Part shown: positions 22,904 to 35,575 of the stretch, piece after piece
Position numbering within the stretch: the first letter of the stretch is position 1
Layout of the letters: each line of letters starts with the position of its first letter
IMG/VR virus record: IMGVR_UViG_2061766007_000748
Direction: 5' to 3' (one strand)
Length of the DNA: 64,000 nt
Source: an uncultured virus (IMG/VR IMGVR_UViG_2061766007_000748)
Taxonomy: Duplodnaviria > Heunggongvirae > Uroviricota > Caudoviricetes
Notes under the pieces: model-generated
What the model was told of the DNA's origin: nothing
The model's input: only the letters and a program-made list of their open reading frames with translations
Database searches by the model: none
Translations under genes and position numbers: made by a program

Positions 22904-24823
22904 ATGATTGAAGTAACAGGAAAAATGCCTACAGTTATTAAAAATAAACTCAGTAATGCAGGAATACTTTCAGACGGACTTATTACCGGTGGAAATGATA
23001 TTGACCTCACGTTTAATGCCAAAGGTACTGAAACACATCTTGCGGCAACTTTTGTTGGAAACGGTAAATGGGTTGTAGACGAAATAGATGATAATGCAAA
23101 CCTTTTCCCACAGATTGAAGAAGGCGATAGTGTATCAGCAGATATGATTACCAAACTGTTTATAGACAGTATTAACTCAGGACTTCATAACGGTTATGAT
23201 ATGGAATATGATTATGACCATTACGATATTCTTTCTACGCTATCTAAATATGCAGATTACGAACAGGATGGTTTGGATTCTGTAGGAAATACTGTATACA
23301 AGATTATGTGGAAGAAACTGTATGATGAGAATGAGTGTAAGGATTATGCTGAAGGAATGGAAGAAATATATGATGTAAACTTTAGCGAAGATTTATCAAA
23401 GATGTACATTTCAAAAGATGTACCTGAAGATTTATTTGAAGAATCTAATGTTATTAATTCAGACCTTATTCTTTCATTCAATCCACTTGGTAAAGTAAAG
23501 TATGGTATTCAAGATGTTGGTAAAGCGATAGGAAGGGCTGCTAAGAAAGTTGGTAAAGGAATAGCCGACTGGGCTGCAGACAGACTTGATGCAGATCAGG
23601 CTGAACAGTTTTTNNNNNNNNNNNNNNNNNNNNNNNNNNNCAGAGACAATAAAGTAAAAGAAAAGAAAGATTTTAATGCAGGTAATATCAATGTAGGTAA
23701 AATAGAAAAATTACCAGGTATGGGTCATTATAAAGTTCTTACGGGAAATCCTGATACACAAGATTTTCAGGTATGGCACTTGTACCGTAACGGAGCAAAG
23801 ACAAGGGTATTGGATTTAAGAACAAACCTGCAGGCAGCAGAAGCTCAGTGGGCTTTTGATAATAACATTCCAAAAAGTTGGTCTCCTAATGACTGGCAGA
23901 ACCCGGATGGTAAACAGCAGAAAGCAAACGAAATACCTCTTAATCAGGTTGGTGAAGAACAGACTGAAGAGGATAATGTAGAAGAAACAACAGAACAGGA
24001 ACAGACTAAAGGAACTGCTCAGGAAGAAAACAATGTGGAAGAAACTCAAGATACAACAGAAGAAGTTGAACAGGAAGATGAAGATAATGTAATGGAATAT
24101 TCTGAAGGGGAAGAAACAGAAGATGTTGAACAAGAAAATGAAAGTGATATCCACGATTTTGTAGTAGACCATTACAATGATAATGATGATGAAGATGCAG
24201 ATTATGATATTATGAATTCTGTAAACAGAGAAGAAAATAACGTTATAGAATCTTCTACAGGACAGGGTGGAGNNNNNNNNNNNNNNNNNNNNNNAGTGAG
24301 TTAGATGTTGAGGAAGATAATGTAATTGATTCCGGTAAGAAGAGAAAGAAATCAAAGTACAATGGAATGAATGTTACAGGATGTGCTCAACCAGATGGTA
24401 CTGTAGTAATGGCAAGTATTGAAGAGGACAATAGATGCGAATTAATTTCCTGTAGTTTATTATTGAATAATTTAACGAAATTTAGGGAAGAATTACGAAA
24501 CTATTCACTTGGAAAAAAATCAAGGGCAGTTCTTAGTGAAATATTATCAAGACTTAATCAACTTCCTTTTAAAGAAGTTGNNNNNNNNNNATAAAAATAT
24601 ATTGATGATCAATTTTGGTAAAACAAACCTAACCTCTGAAAATTATATAGCTCAATTCAGTATCTATAGTAATGAAGTTATGGCAATTGCTAATCTTGGT
24701 GGTAAGAATAAAGTTAAGGGTGATAGTGCGATAACCATGTGTACCCAGACACTAGACGATATGATTAGAAAATATCTTCAATACCGTTATCAGAATCAAT
24801 CGAATCCTCAACCTCAACCTTAG
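22904..24823 (+). CDS. Large acidic putative internal head/scaffold-like protein (joined across gaps)
   Basis: Late-type motif and GGAG upstream; very E/D-rich. After the 24273-24294 gap the frame 'SELDVEEDNVIDSGKKRK..' runs into the 24367 ORF. Confidence 0.45.
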
Positions 24824-25251
24824 GTAAAGAAAGTTTCATAAGAAGTTTATCTATCTGTTTCCGTGATAATGGAGTTATGTTCTTTACATAATTATCTGTT
24901 ATAAGAGCTTTTCTGTTGATGTCTTTAGGACAGTTTTTGGTTTTCATAAGTCTATCTCCAAGTAATGATTCTTCTTTCCTTAAAGAAATTAAAGAACCAG
25001 TGTTCTTTAACACATCTCTTGAATCCGTTTATGTACTGTTCAGGAGTTAGCAATATAGCTTCATCAGGATGTGTCTTGCTGCCATACTTCTTAACAATAC
25101 ATCGGAACATATTTCCATCACGTTCATACATAACCTGTAAAGTGTTGTCAGGACTTGTAGCCATAACACTTGCCATCTTTAATGACATTAAACAAAGTTC
25201 TTTTCCTTTAGCCTTCATATCTGCACCTCCTAAGTGTTTTATCTAATTTTG

Positions 25252-25280
25252 ATTATAATATTAAATAAAACAGATGTAAA
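25252..25280 (-). promoter_or_regulatory. Sigma70-like early promoter
   Basis: Minus strand TTTACA-17nt-TATAAT, then AGGAGG and ATG at 25218. Confidence 0.8.
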
Positions 25281-25326
25281 GGAAAATTGGAATAAGAATA
25301 AACTTTTTTAATTCATCCTAAAACAC

Positions 25327-25376
25327 CGGGTTTTACAGTAAGATGGTATAATTATACTATTTTTGTAATAGACCCG
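25327..25376. repeat. TAATTATAC-core hairpin element, copy 2
   Basis: cgggt..ttaca..atggtataattatactat..tgtaa..acccg, followed by ctgttttt. Confidence 0.75.
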
Positions 25377-26173
25377 CTGTTTTTGAACGATAATCGCGGT
25401 TTTAACGAAGATTTAAGAGAAGAGTGAATAGTCTTGTTTAGCCTGTTTCTTCTGTTCTCTAGCCAACTTCTTTTCTTCCTTTTCAATTATTGGCTTCCAA
25501 ACATTTTGATACATGGCAAACAGCTTATTCTTACTGTAACCGCCTTCCATTTCTACATATCCAATGTCTTCCTTACCTATTAACATAACCTTATCTCCAT
25601 TTACGATAAAGGTACCAAAGTCTGTTACAACTTCACGATTGATAAGTGACATTCCTACATTAAGAAGTTCATTTTCCTCAAGTTCTGCTACACCTTTTCC
25701 AATAAGGGTATGTCCAAGGTCTGGTCGTTCTTGAATGTAAACTTTAATAGCATAACCTAAATCTTCCCCAACAATAGTCTTGTCTTCTGCTTTTAATATT
25801 GTTCTCATAATTTTACTCCTTGTAATAATATTAGAAATCATTCCAATTCTATAATTAGATATATGACTACAGAAGATATGATTGAACAGATTATAGATCT
25901 CTCATACCGTAAATACAAAAAGATTTCTAAAGGCTGTAAAGAATATGATTTACTGAATAGAAAGATACCTGTGGTTATAAATGGAATTGAGTTTACAGGT
26001 TGGCGGGAATATGTCTGTTATAAAGTATGTGAGTTCATTAAGAGTAAGATTCCTGAAGCTGAACTGGAATTAGAACTTAACGGAAATGACAGTATTATAG
26101 CACTTGAAATGGATGACGAAGAAAAACAAAAATTAAACAATAAATTATTCGTATTAATAAAGGAGTGGATTGA

Positions 26174-27070
26174 ATGAATAGATATTTGTTGGTTAGTGAT
26201 ATTCATTTGAGGAGTACGGTTCCAAGCTGTATTGAAGCAACACCGGAAGAATGGATGAATATACAAAGACAAGCATTAGATAAGGTTGTAGAAATTGCAA
26301 TTGATAACGATGTTTGTTATGTTCTTTGTTGTGGGGATTTATTTCATAGTGAACAGACAGCGTCCTTTGAATGTATTCAGCTTGCACAAGATTGGGTAAA
26401 TAAACTTTATAAGAATAGTATTGCTTTCTATGTACTTGCAGGTAATCACGATCTTCCTATGCACAGTTCTTCAAATCTTTATCGCTCTGCTATAGGTGTA
26501 TTCTTAAATAGTTGTAATGTAAACATTATTAAATACCCTTCATCTAAACAATTTGTTGGTAGTAATTTTGATGTAGAACTTACTTCAGAAGATTGTTCTG
26601 ATTATGAAATTCTTTGTAAGCATATTCTTTGTATTCCAAAGAATGATATACCAGTTGATTTTATGCAATGTGAAACACCTGAATCTTTACTTAAAAAATA
26701 TCCAAACAGATTTATTTGTCTCGGAGATTACCACAGAAACTTTCAGTATAACTTAGACGGTCGCCATGTTCTTAATCCTGGTTGTCTTACTAAACAGGCA
26801 AGTGATTTTGAGGATTATGAAACAGGAGTTTACATATTTGATACAGACACAGAAGAAATTAAGTGGTGTCCTGTAAACATTGAGCAGAAGTTTAATCACA
26901 ACGGTCAGGAGAAAAAGGCTCTTGACGAAAGTATTGAAAACTTTGTAGAACATATTAAGGCTGAAGATGTTACCTTAGATTATGTTTCAAGTTTACAGAA
27001 AGAAGCAGAAAACCACGATAAACCTATCCAGACTAAGATTGAAAGTTGGATAACGGAGGCAGGACAATAA
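26174..27070 (+). CDS. Metallophosphoesterase, SbcD/Mre11/T4 gp47-like nuclease
   Basis: Calcineurin-like motifs 'SDIHL', 'GDLFH', 'GNHD', 'GDYH' and 'NPG'. Confidence 0.85.
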   Translation: MNRYLLVSDIHLRSTVPSCIEATPEEWMNIQRQALDKVVEIAIDNDVCYVLCCGDLFHSEQTASFECIQLAQDWVNKLYKNSIAFYVLAGNHDLPMHSSSNLYRSAIGVFLNSCNVNIIKYPSSKQFVGSNFDVELTSEDCSDYEILCKHILCIPKNDIPVDFMQCETPESLLKKYPNRFICLGDYHRNFQYNLDGRHVLNPGCLTKQASDFEDYETGVYIFDTDTEEIKWCPVNIEQKFNHNGQEKKALDESIENFVEHIKAEDVTLDYVSSLQKEAENHDKPIQTKIESWITEAGQ

Positions 27071-27633
27071 TGAAAGCAAAAGAATACATTGATTCACTTA
27101 AACAGACATATAATATTTTCCGTAAAAAGAAACTTTTGTTAGAAGATGTAAAAGGACCAAATGCATTTAAAGATCTTTGTGATGAAGTTTTTGAACAAGT
27201 ATTTCATGAAGAAAAATGTCATGATGCTTTCTATAGAGAGCACGGTTATATACCTGTAGTTGAAAAAGAATATAATAGTCTTTGTGATTATTATACTTCT
27301 GTCTTAAACTTTTTTAGTTTATATAANNNNNNNNNNNNNNNNNNNNNNNNNNNNNNNNNNNNNNNNNCTTCAAAGAAATATTACAAAGATATCACGTTTC
27401 ACCTCTACAGTATGATGACGGTGTTGAGTTACAGGAATCAGATTATAGTGATTTATATGTTGTTTTGATGAAATACTATTTTGTCAAGCAAAGACTTAAT
27501 TTAGGACGAGTACCTAAGATTCCTGATAATCTTATTAATAAAGTTGAATCACATTGTAAACGAAGTCTTCTACCAATTACGGAAGAGGACTGTTTAGATA
27601 TATTAATGGAACAGACAGGAGGAAAAGTTCTAA

Positions 27634-27969
27634 ATGAAAGTATTGAATGAAAAGATATTGGTAAAGGTTGCCAATGAAGAAAAGAAAACTGCTGGTGGGA
27701 TTATTATTCCTGAATCGGCAGGACAGGAACGAAAGTATGAAGGTACTGTAGTTGATGTTGGTACTAATCCTGACATTAAGGAGATTGGTATTAAACCAGG
27801 TGATTATGTTTATTACCCGAAAGGTCTTAATACTGAAATGACAATCAACGGTGTTATCCACGATATTGTNNNNNNNNNNNNNNNNNNNNNNNNNNNNNNN
27901 NNNNNNNNNNNNNNNNNNNNNNNNNNNNNNNNNNNNNNNNNNNNNNNNNNNNNNNNNNNNNNNNNATGA
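27634..27969 (+). CDS. groES: Co-chaperonin GroES (3' end in gap)
   Basis: 'MKVLNEKILVKVANEEKKTAGGIIIPESA..YEGTVVDVG..IKPGDYVYY'. Confidence 0.9.
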   Translation: MKVLNEKILVKVANEEKKTAGGIIIPESAGQERKYEGTVVDVGTNPDIKEIGIKPGDYVYYPKGLNTEMTINGVIHDIXXXXXXXXXXXXXXXXXXXXXXXXXXXXXXXXX

Positions 27970-28233
27970 ACATATCACAAAACAGTATGGTAAAACCTAT
28001 GCTTCAATTTATGAGGCTTATGCTATACTTAAAGAAGAATGTGAAGAATGTAAGGAAGATGTTGATTCAATGTCTGAACTGTTAGATGATATATGGAAAG
28101 AGGTAAGACATGNNNNNNNNNNNNNNNNNNNNNNNNNNNNNNNNNNNNNNNNNCAGCGTTATGTCTTGCAGAAGAAGCAGTTCAAGTAGCTGCTGTCTCA
28201 TTGAGATTTCTTGATACAATAAAGGAGAAATGA
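27966..28233 (+). CDS. MazG-like/all-alpha NTP pyrophosphatase-like protein (partial)
   Basis: 'EAYAILKEECEE...LAEEAVQVAAVSLRFL' (EExxE and E..QVAA pattern), joined across a gap. Confidence 0.5.
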
Positions 28234-28852
28234 AATATGCCTGCATTTGGAAAAGATGGAATTGTAAATATTAATCAGTCTACACCAAAGAAAACATATC
28301 AGCTAGTGAAACCTGATGGTACTGTAGTTATGTCCTGTGACAATAAANNNNNNNNNNNNNNNNNNNNNNNNNNNNNNNNNNNNNNNNNNNNNNNNNNNNN
28401 NNNNNNNNNNNNNNNTATCTAAAGGGAGGAATCATTTATGAAAGTATATATCATTACAAGATTTGATATGACAAATGGTAGTGAACGTATTGTAAAGATT
28501 TATTCCGAAAAGAATAAGGNNNNNNNNNNNNNNNNNNNNNNNNNNNNNNNNNNAGGATGTAAATCTTCAGTACAGTCTTAATTCTTATTTAGTTGACGCC
28601 GAGGATTGCTATGATTGAAAAGGAAGAACAAATAATCGTGGGTGCTGTCATTCAGGTATTTAAGCCCATAACCGTTCACCCAAAATTCAAAACAATATTT
28701 CACGGGCAGACTAAACTTATGCCTGGTAATTATGTTTGGTGGCACCCTATTAAATATACTCCTTATGCTGTTCTTATAAATCAATTACAGTTGAAGTATA
28801 AAGGTATTATAAAAGTGAATTATGGTTTGGCAGGTACGGTAGAGGTATAACA

Positions 28853-29356
28853 ATGTCAACANNNNNNNNNNNNNNNNNNNNNNNNNNNNNNNNNNNNNNN
28901 NNTTTGAATATTGGTGTAAACGAATATTTTGGAATTGGAAATTCTATGATATGGAGTTTGATACCTTTTATGAAATCTGTTGGGAAGCACTTCTTACAAA
29001 GATAAAAGAGTTTAACCCAAAGATTNNNNNNNNNNNNNNNNNNNNNNNTCAATAATGAAGCCTGGCGAACCTATATGAAAAATAAAACTAAGAAACCAGA
29101 AGTTGATACAGAAGATGATGTTGTTAAGAATACATTAAGTGCGGAAGAGAAAGAAACTTATTATGGATATTTAGATGATTTTGTTATGTACTGTAATACT
29201 CAAGGAATCATTGTAAACAAAAAAGAATTATATGCTGATTACATAGAAGAAAAAGATTCAGCTCCAATGCTAGCTTTTGCTTGGTGGATGGCTAAGAATA
29301 AAGAAGTGGGAGGAAGAGATGATTTTCAACAAAGAAAACGACGAGCTAATGCTTAA
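28853..29356 (+). CDS. Sigma-factor-like protein (region 2), split by gaps
   Basis: Hand translation from 28903: 'FEYWCKRIFWNWKFYDMEFDTFYEICWEALLTKIKEFNPKI', gap, then 'INNEAWRTYMKNK' in frame with ORF 29075. Confidence 0.55.
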
Positions 29357-29665
29357 TCTTGCCATTAAAAATAAAATGGATATGGATAAGATTATTTCAG
29401 CTTATCTTGTAGCAGGGGATGAGTTTTTTATGCTACTTCATATTTTTGAAGGCCAAATATTAAAGATTCCTTCTAAACGAAGACTAAACGCTTTGAATGC
29501 TCATAATATACAGTTTATTGAAGATGANNNNNNNNNNNNNNNNNNNNNNNNNNNNNNNNNNNNNNNNNNNNNNNNNNNNNNNNNNNNNNNNNNNNNNNNN
29601 NNNNNNNNNNNNNNNNNNNNNNNNNNNNTGAAGATGTTGTAGAGGAGATTGAAACAGATGACTAA
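29319..29665 (+). CDS. Mor-activator-like protein
   Basis: 'VAGDEFFMLLHIFEGQILKIPS' resembles the Mor-family 'G......L...FGG..IYIP' motif; overlaps the sigma-like gene. Confidence 0.4.
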
Positions 29666-30061
29666 TGGTGAATTAGAAAGTATGTTACCAGATATACATA
29701 ATGTTCTTCATAAAATGATGAGTTCCAAAGATTTTACAGATTATGAAGACAAACTTGATAAAGCAACTTCAAAGGCAATCACTGCACTTGAAGGAATTAT
29801 AGATGATGGNNNNNNNNNNNNNNNNAATGGTTGCTGCTGTAAAAACTCTTACCAAGGCTAAAACAGATATCATTGAAAGTAAAAGAAGATTGTTCGATAC
29901 TTGTATTAAGGGTGAAGTTATGATCAAGGCACTTGAAAAACCAAAGGATGATAAAACTCCAAGTGCTTTACTTGATTATCTCCAGAAGAATAATCTTGAT
30001 ACTTCACTTGATAAGACAGGAACCACTCCAACATCTATATTTGAATCAATAGCTGACGAAA

Positions 30062-30944
30062 ATGTACAAACTGATAACGACTAAGAAAGGACAAGTTCCA
30101 ATAGATAAAATAGAAGAAGGAACAGAAGTTCTTTGTATGGGTGAATGGAAGAAAGCACCTAAACCCGTTATTGGTACTTGTCTTAAATGTCATTTTCAAA
30201 CTTTACCAACTACAACATTTGAAAAAACTTTTGCTACTCATAAAAGAGAAGTTTCTATTTGCCACACAATCATTCTACAACAAACAAAAGAATTTATGCC
30301 TGAACTTTCTATNNNNNNNNNNNNNNNNNNNNNNNNNNNNNNNNNNNNNNNNNNNNNNNNNNNNNNNNNNTGATGAACCTATAATGCCATTTATAACAGA
30401 AATTGGTTTTAATCTTTATCACAGTCCAAAGAAGTTTGGTGATTTACAGGGTGAAGAATTAACAGAACGAAACCTTGAGTACATACTTGAAGGAATGACA
30501 AGACGAACTTTTTGTTATGCTAACGGTAAATATCAGATATTACCAATTAATTCGTGGACAGAAACAATTCGTATAACAATGAGATTACTTGATATTGAAT
30601 GTGATGTATTTAAGGACGGTAAATGTGTAGTGAAGAATCCGATCTCATTTTACAGGCATATTAAAGACGAATATACTAAGAAGAAAATAAAAGACAAAGA
30701 TATCGTGTATAACTTAAAGAAAAGTANNNNNNNNNNNNNNNNNNNNNNNNATAAAATACTTAAAAAAGAAGAGGTACAAGACTGGACATTACCTGGAATT
30801 AATCCTGATATAAACTGTATTAATCCTTTGAATTGTTATGAAGAAGGATTTACTAAAAAGAAATGGGTTTGGGCAGACCCGGTAAAAGATGGTAGGGAAA
30901 TTGGTTTATTAAAGAATAATTTCTTTAGTCAATTTCAAAAATAA
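30062..30944 (+). CDS. Free-standing degenerate intein-like (Hint/LAGLIDADG-like) protein
   Basis: N-terminal 'LITTKKGQVPIDKIEEGTEVL' (block A-like, no Cys1) and C-terminal 'EVQDWTLPGINPDINCINPLNC' (block F/G-like). Confidence 0.5.
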
Positions 30945-30972
30945 TTAAATATTTATATATGGAGAAAATTGT

Positions 30973-31594
30973 ATGGAAGAAGTTCAAAAAGAATCAATGA
31001 TGTTTCAAAGAAAAGCACTTGGTATTCTTTGTATGCTGTTGGTTCCTTGTTGTATATTATTTGGATTATTTGGGTTGGAAACAAACTTACCTAAATGGTA
31101 TTTTTCAGTATCAGCAACGTTTTATGCTAATTCAAATATCTTTATGATTGGACTTCTTTTTGCAACATCTGTATTCTTTATTTCATATAGAGGATNNNNN
31201 NNNNNNNNNNNNNNNNNNNNNNNNNNNNNNNNNNNNNNNNNNNNNNNNNNAGGAACACCTGATAACGTTGGTATATTTCAAATACCGGTAAATATAAGCG
31301 GCGTTATACATAATATATCAGCAGCTGTTTTATTTTCTACATTCGCATTTAATGTTTTGTTTCTTTTCAGATTAAGTGGTCCTGAACCAACTGANNNNNN
31401 NNNNNNNNNNNNNNNNNNNNNNNNNNNNNNNNATTCTTATCTGTTTGTTTATTGTTTTACAGTTAGCAACAACAATTATAAACTTTATGTCGGATAATAT
31501 TCCTTGTACAATGATAAATGAATTTGGTATGTTAGAGTCATTTGGCTTTGCATACTTCGTAAAATCAGAAGCAATATCTAAATTAAACGACTAG
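30973..31594 (+). CDS. Multi-pass membrane protein, DUF998-like (joined across gaps)
   Basis: 'RKALGIL..SVSATFY..FFISYRG..IHNISAAVLF..E' with about 5-6 TM segments. Confidence 0.5.
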
Positions 31595-32242
31595 AGGAGA
31601 ATAGATTATGGATAAGGCAATAAAAGAACTTGAGGAACTGTTTGGTACGACTGCAAAAGGTAATGTGGTTTATTTTAATGATGTAACATATACACCAATT
31701 CCACTTCCTGTTCAAGAAGCAGTAAAAGCCATTATGGCAGAATACCCAGACCTTGGTTATCAACTTGGTTTGTATTCTGTAAAGGTACTTGATAAGAATG
31801 TACATCCAATTTATATTTCAGAACCAATAGAAGCTTCTTACAGTAAAAAAAAAGAACTTGAATCTTCCCGAGTAGGTGATATCCATGATGACTTTGTAAT
31901 GAACAAGGTTAGTGAATCGGAAGCCATAAATAACCTTAAAGATTCAGGATATGATACTAAGAAAGCAAAAGAACTCGTAAAGAAATGGAAACCAGATATT
32001 ATCAAATCTTCCCTTTCTGATTATTTTCCTGTAAGTGAAGAAGAAGCAAAAGAACTTAATGAACTTGAACAAACCTTTGGTAATAGCCGTTCTGAATTAA
32101 GAAGTGTTCTCGAAGACTTCTTCCATATATATGATGATTATGCAGAAATGAGTGTACAAGAATTTGATACTCATTTAGCAGAATATTTTGATTCTGAAGA
32201 TACAGAAAATAGCATCTAACATTTTTAATATAGAGGATTATC

Positions 32243-34191
32243 ATGGCATCACCTATAAACTTTAATCAGAAAAAGAAAGAAACAACTATTCCACAGAAGG
32301 TAAAACATTTTTTATTTCCTGAAAAGGATGAAGAACTTTTTAAGGAAGTAGAAGAATACAATAACTNNNNNNNNNNNGTTCAATTCTTAATGGACTTAAA
32401 GATATACCAAGTATGATAGAAGATCCTATCTGTTCTTCCGCTGTAAAATGTGTTATGCAAACATCATTTCAAACCAATTCNNNNNNNNNNNNNNNNNNNN
32501 NNNNNNNNNNNNNNNNNNNNNNNNNNNNNNNNNNNNNTGATCAATTTCATCAAGATATAGATGCAGATAACTTTCTTCTTACAGATGGTTATAACTGTTT
32601 GTTATGGGGTCAGTTACCTTGGAAACACGTTTATAATAAAGAAGGTGTACTCGAAAGGGTTCTTCCTATTCCTGATTTTACAAGTGTCACACCTGTTATC
32701 ATTTCAGGTAAGACAATTGGTTTTATGGATGAAGAAAACAACTTCGTACCATCATATATGTATACCTATNNNNNNNNNNNNNNNNNNNNNNNNNNNGTGG
32801 AAACAGTAACAGTAGGTTTATGACAATTGGTGGTACAACAGGTAGTGACGTAGAACAATTCCAAAACGAATTTAGTTATGCCAATTCCTACTTAGGTTCT
32901 GCAAGTAAACCTTGGCGAAATGTAAACATCATTGAAGATGCTTTATTACTTGCTCGTATGGATCAGAGTAATTATTACAGAATTATTTCTGTAAATGTTG
33001 GCGGTCAGGTTTACAGTAAATCTGCTATACAAGTTCTTAATTATTATAGAAACTTGTTCAAAAAGGTAAGACGAGTAAATTACGATTCAAATGGAATGTC
33101 TAGCCGTGGTAATGGACAAGAATTTGAAGTTATTGTTCCAAAGACACAAAACCAAGGTGTTGAAATACAGAATGTTGGTGGTGATGTAGATATTAAAGCA
33201 CTTAAAGATTTGGATACACAATATCAAAAATTATTTGCTGCTTTACAGTTACAACCAAGTATGATTGGATTTTCTGAAGATACTCCAAGTTCTTTAGGAG
33301 ATAGTGCTGCAGTTACCTGGGATAAACGTTTTGCTAAGGTATGTAAAACAGTTTCTTATTCTGCTTATGATGCACTTCGTAATATTGATTATCTACATCT
33401 TCGTTCACTTGGTTATGACGTTGACCCTAGTGATTGGAATTATGCAACCGTATCACAAACTTTACAGGACGATGCAGACAAGGGTGAAACATTAAAACTC
33501 GCTATTGAAAACCTTAATCAAATTACAGATGCATTTAGTAAGATGGAAGCACAGTATGATAAAGATTATCTTATAAAATCAATTCTTAGTGAATCACTTG
33601 GTAATTATGGAATCGACTNNNNNNNNNNNNNNNNNNNNNNNNNNNNNNNNNNNNTAAAGATCTTATTGCAACATCTCTTAAGAAAGAAATGGCAAAAAGA
33701 GCAAAGAACTTTAAGAAAGATATTCTTACTAAAGATGCACATATTATGTCTATGGCAGGNNNNNNNNNNNNNNNNNNNNNNNNNNTACAAAATCAGAATA
33801 TGATAAATTAAATATTCAAGAAAAAGTTACACCAATAACACTCAAAGAAGTTTATTCTTCATTTGCCGTAAAACGTGATAATCCAATAGATCTTACTAAT
33901 TTTGTTATCTACGAAGATATTAGTAGTGAGGCAATGAATGAATGGTTTAAGAACAGTAAACGAAAAGAAGGCGAAGCAATGGACTTCAAATTCCCACTTC
34001 ATTGTCCAAAGGAAATTGAGATTACTGCAGGAGACTTAGATTTGACAGGACCAAGTTATATTGATAATCTTTATGTTGATGAATTTGGTCAGCAATTTGT
34101 TACAAGTAAGGCAGACCTTTGTAAATATCTTTATAATTATATGAATGGTGGACTTGATAATTATTGTGCAAATGTCATTATTCGTAAATAA
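32243..34191 (+). CDS. Portal protein, T4 gp20-like (split by gaps)
   Basis: 'SYLGSASKPWRNVNIIEDALLLARMDQSNYYRIISVNVG' and 'DIKALKDLDTQYQKLFAALQLQPS' match gp20-type portal motifs; post-gap frames continue into ORF 33934. Confidence 0.8.
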
Positions 34192-34778
34192 AACAAACCT
34201 TGATTCTAATATTATGTGTATAATGTTTTTATTAAGGAGAATATAATATGACAGGTAGAACAATAAGACTTCAACCAATCAGTGGAAAGTTCCTTCAAAC
34301 AGATGTAAAGGGTAAACAGATTAACATCTGGCTTGTAGACCCTAAAACAAATCAACAGGGTACAGAAGTAAATTACGATGACGCTATTGCTATTCTTGCT
34401 TTTAATCATCCTGTAGCAACCCTCGCTGCAATTAAAGGTAAAGATGGAAAGTTTATTCAACAGCTTACTGAAGACGACAAGAAAAAGATTCAGGAACTTA
34501 AAGAAGAAGGTTTGAATGCAACAAATGTATCGGTATCTACTCCAACTTCAAATAACAGTAATCTTGAAGAACTTGTAAAAGCACAGTCAAAACTTCTTGA
34601 AACTCAAGGTGAACTTATCAAACAGATGAGAACAGAAATTGACGGAATTAAGAAGGGTAAGGCAAAAACAGCTAAAGAAAAATAAGGCGGTGTTACCGCT
34701 TTAAGGTACAGGTTAGTGCTCCTTACCAAATCATATCATACCGGTTACCCAGGCCGGAATTATTCCACCTAAAAGCAT

Positions 34779-34811
34779 AATAGGGTTCTTGGTAACGAGA
34801 ACCCTATTTTT
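34779..34811 (+). terminator. Rho-independent terminator
   Basis: aatagggttcttg-gtaa-cgagaaccctatt followed by a T tract. Confidence 0.8.
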
Positions 34812-34840
34812 ATTAAATATTGTATATAAGAGGAACATAT

Positions 34841-35559
34841 ATGGTTTCATTAAAGAAATATACAAAGGAACAAATACTTACAGAAGGTAGCAATCGTTTT
34901 AAGAAGATTGCAAGAATACTTAACCTTACAGATATTGAAGATATGTTACAACAAGCATTATCTTGGTTAGATCAGGCTATCTTTACACCACGAGCAATTT
35001 TATTCAAACCAGAAGATGTCATGGGTTATAATGGCGGGTATTNNNNNNNNNNNNNNNNNNNNNNNNNNNNNNNNNNNNNNNNNNNNNNNNNNNNNNNNNN
35101 NNNNNNNNNNNNNNNNNNNNNNCGGAATTAGGAATTATGCCTTTTATCTATGGTGGTTCAAATATTAATCTTTCTACTGTATCAGATTATCTTGCCTTGG
35201 TATCTAATCTTAATGAAATAAGACGTCAGACAGAAATGAACGGTGACTATGAACTGTGGCCAATAGATGAACAGGGTAGACAGTTATTACAGGTAAAGAA
35301 TAATAAAATCATAAGAATTGAGTTCCTTCCAAATATTGATAGAGATGCAAACGAATGGTATTTGTATGATTTTGAATATGCTTCATTGAAAGATGTATTT
35401 TATGATTTAGCAAACATATTTAATTATGAACAGTTGATGTCAGCACAGACTTTGGGTGTAGGAAAGGAAACAGAAAATCTTGCTAAGTATTGGCAGGATA
35501 AACTTGAGAAGGATAAGAAAGAGTTCCACGATAAGGCATTGGTTACTTCTCTTATGTAA
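34841..35559 (+). CDS. Putative neck/head-tail adaptor protein (joined across gap)
   Basis: Late-type motif upstream; gp13-like size and layout; lies after the portal. Confidence 0.45.
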
Positions 35560-35575
35560 TCTTAAATATTATTAT

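Noticed and set aside
29658..30084. Terminase small subunit call
   Set aside because: Helical and plausible, but no diagnostic motif and split by a gap.
34684..34811. Kissing-loop ncRNA (ttacc sites pairing with ggtaac)
   Set aside because: The ggtaac is better explained as a G-C closed GTAA tetraloop of an ordinary terminator, and the matches are too short.
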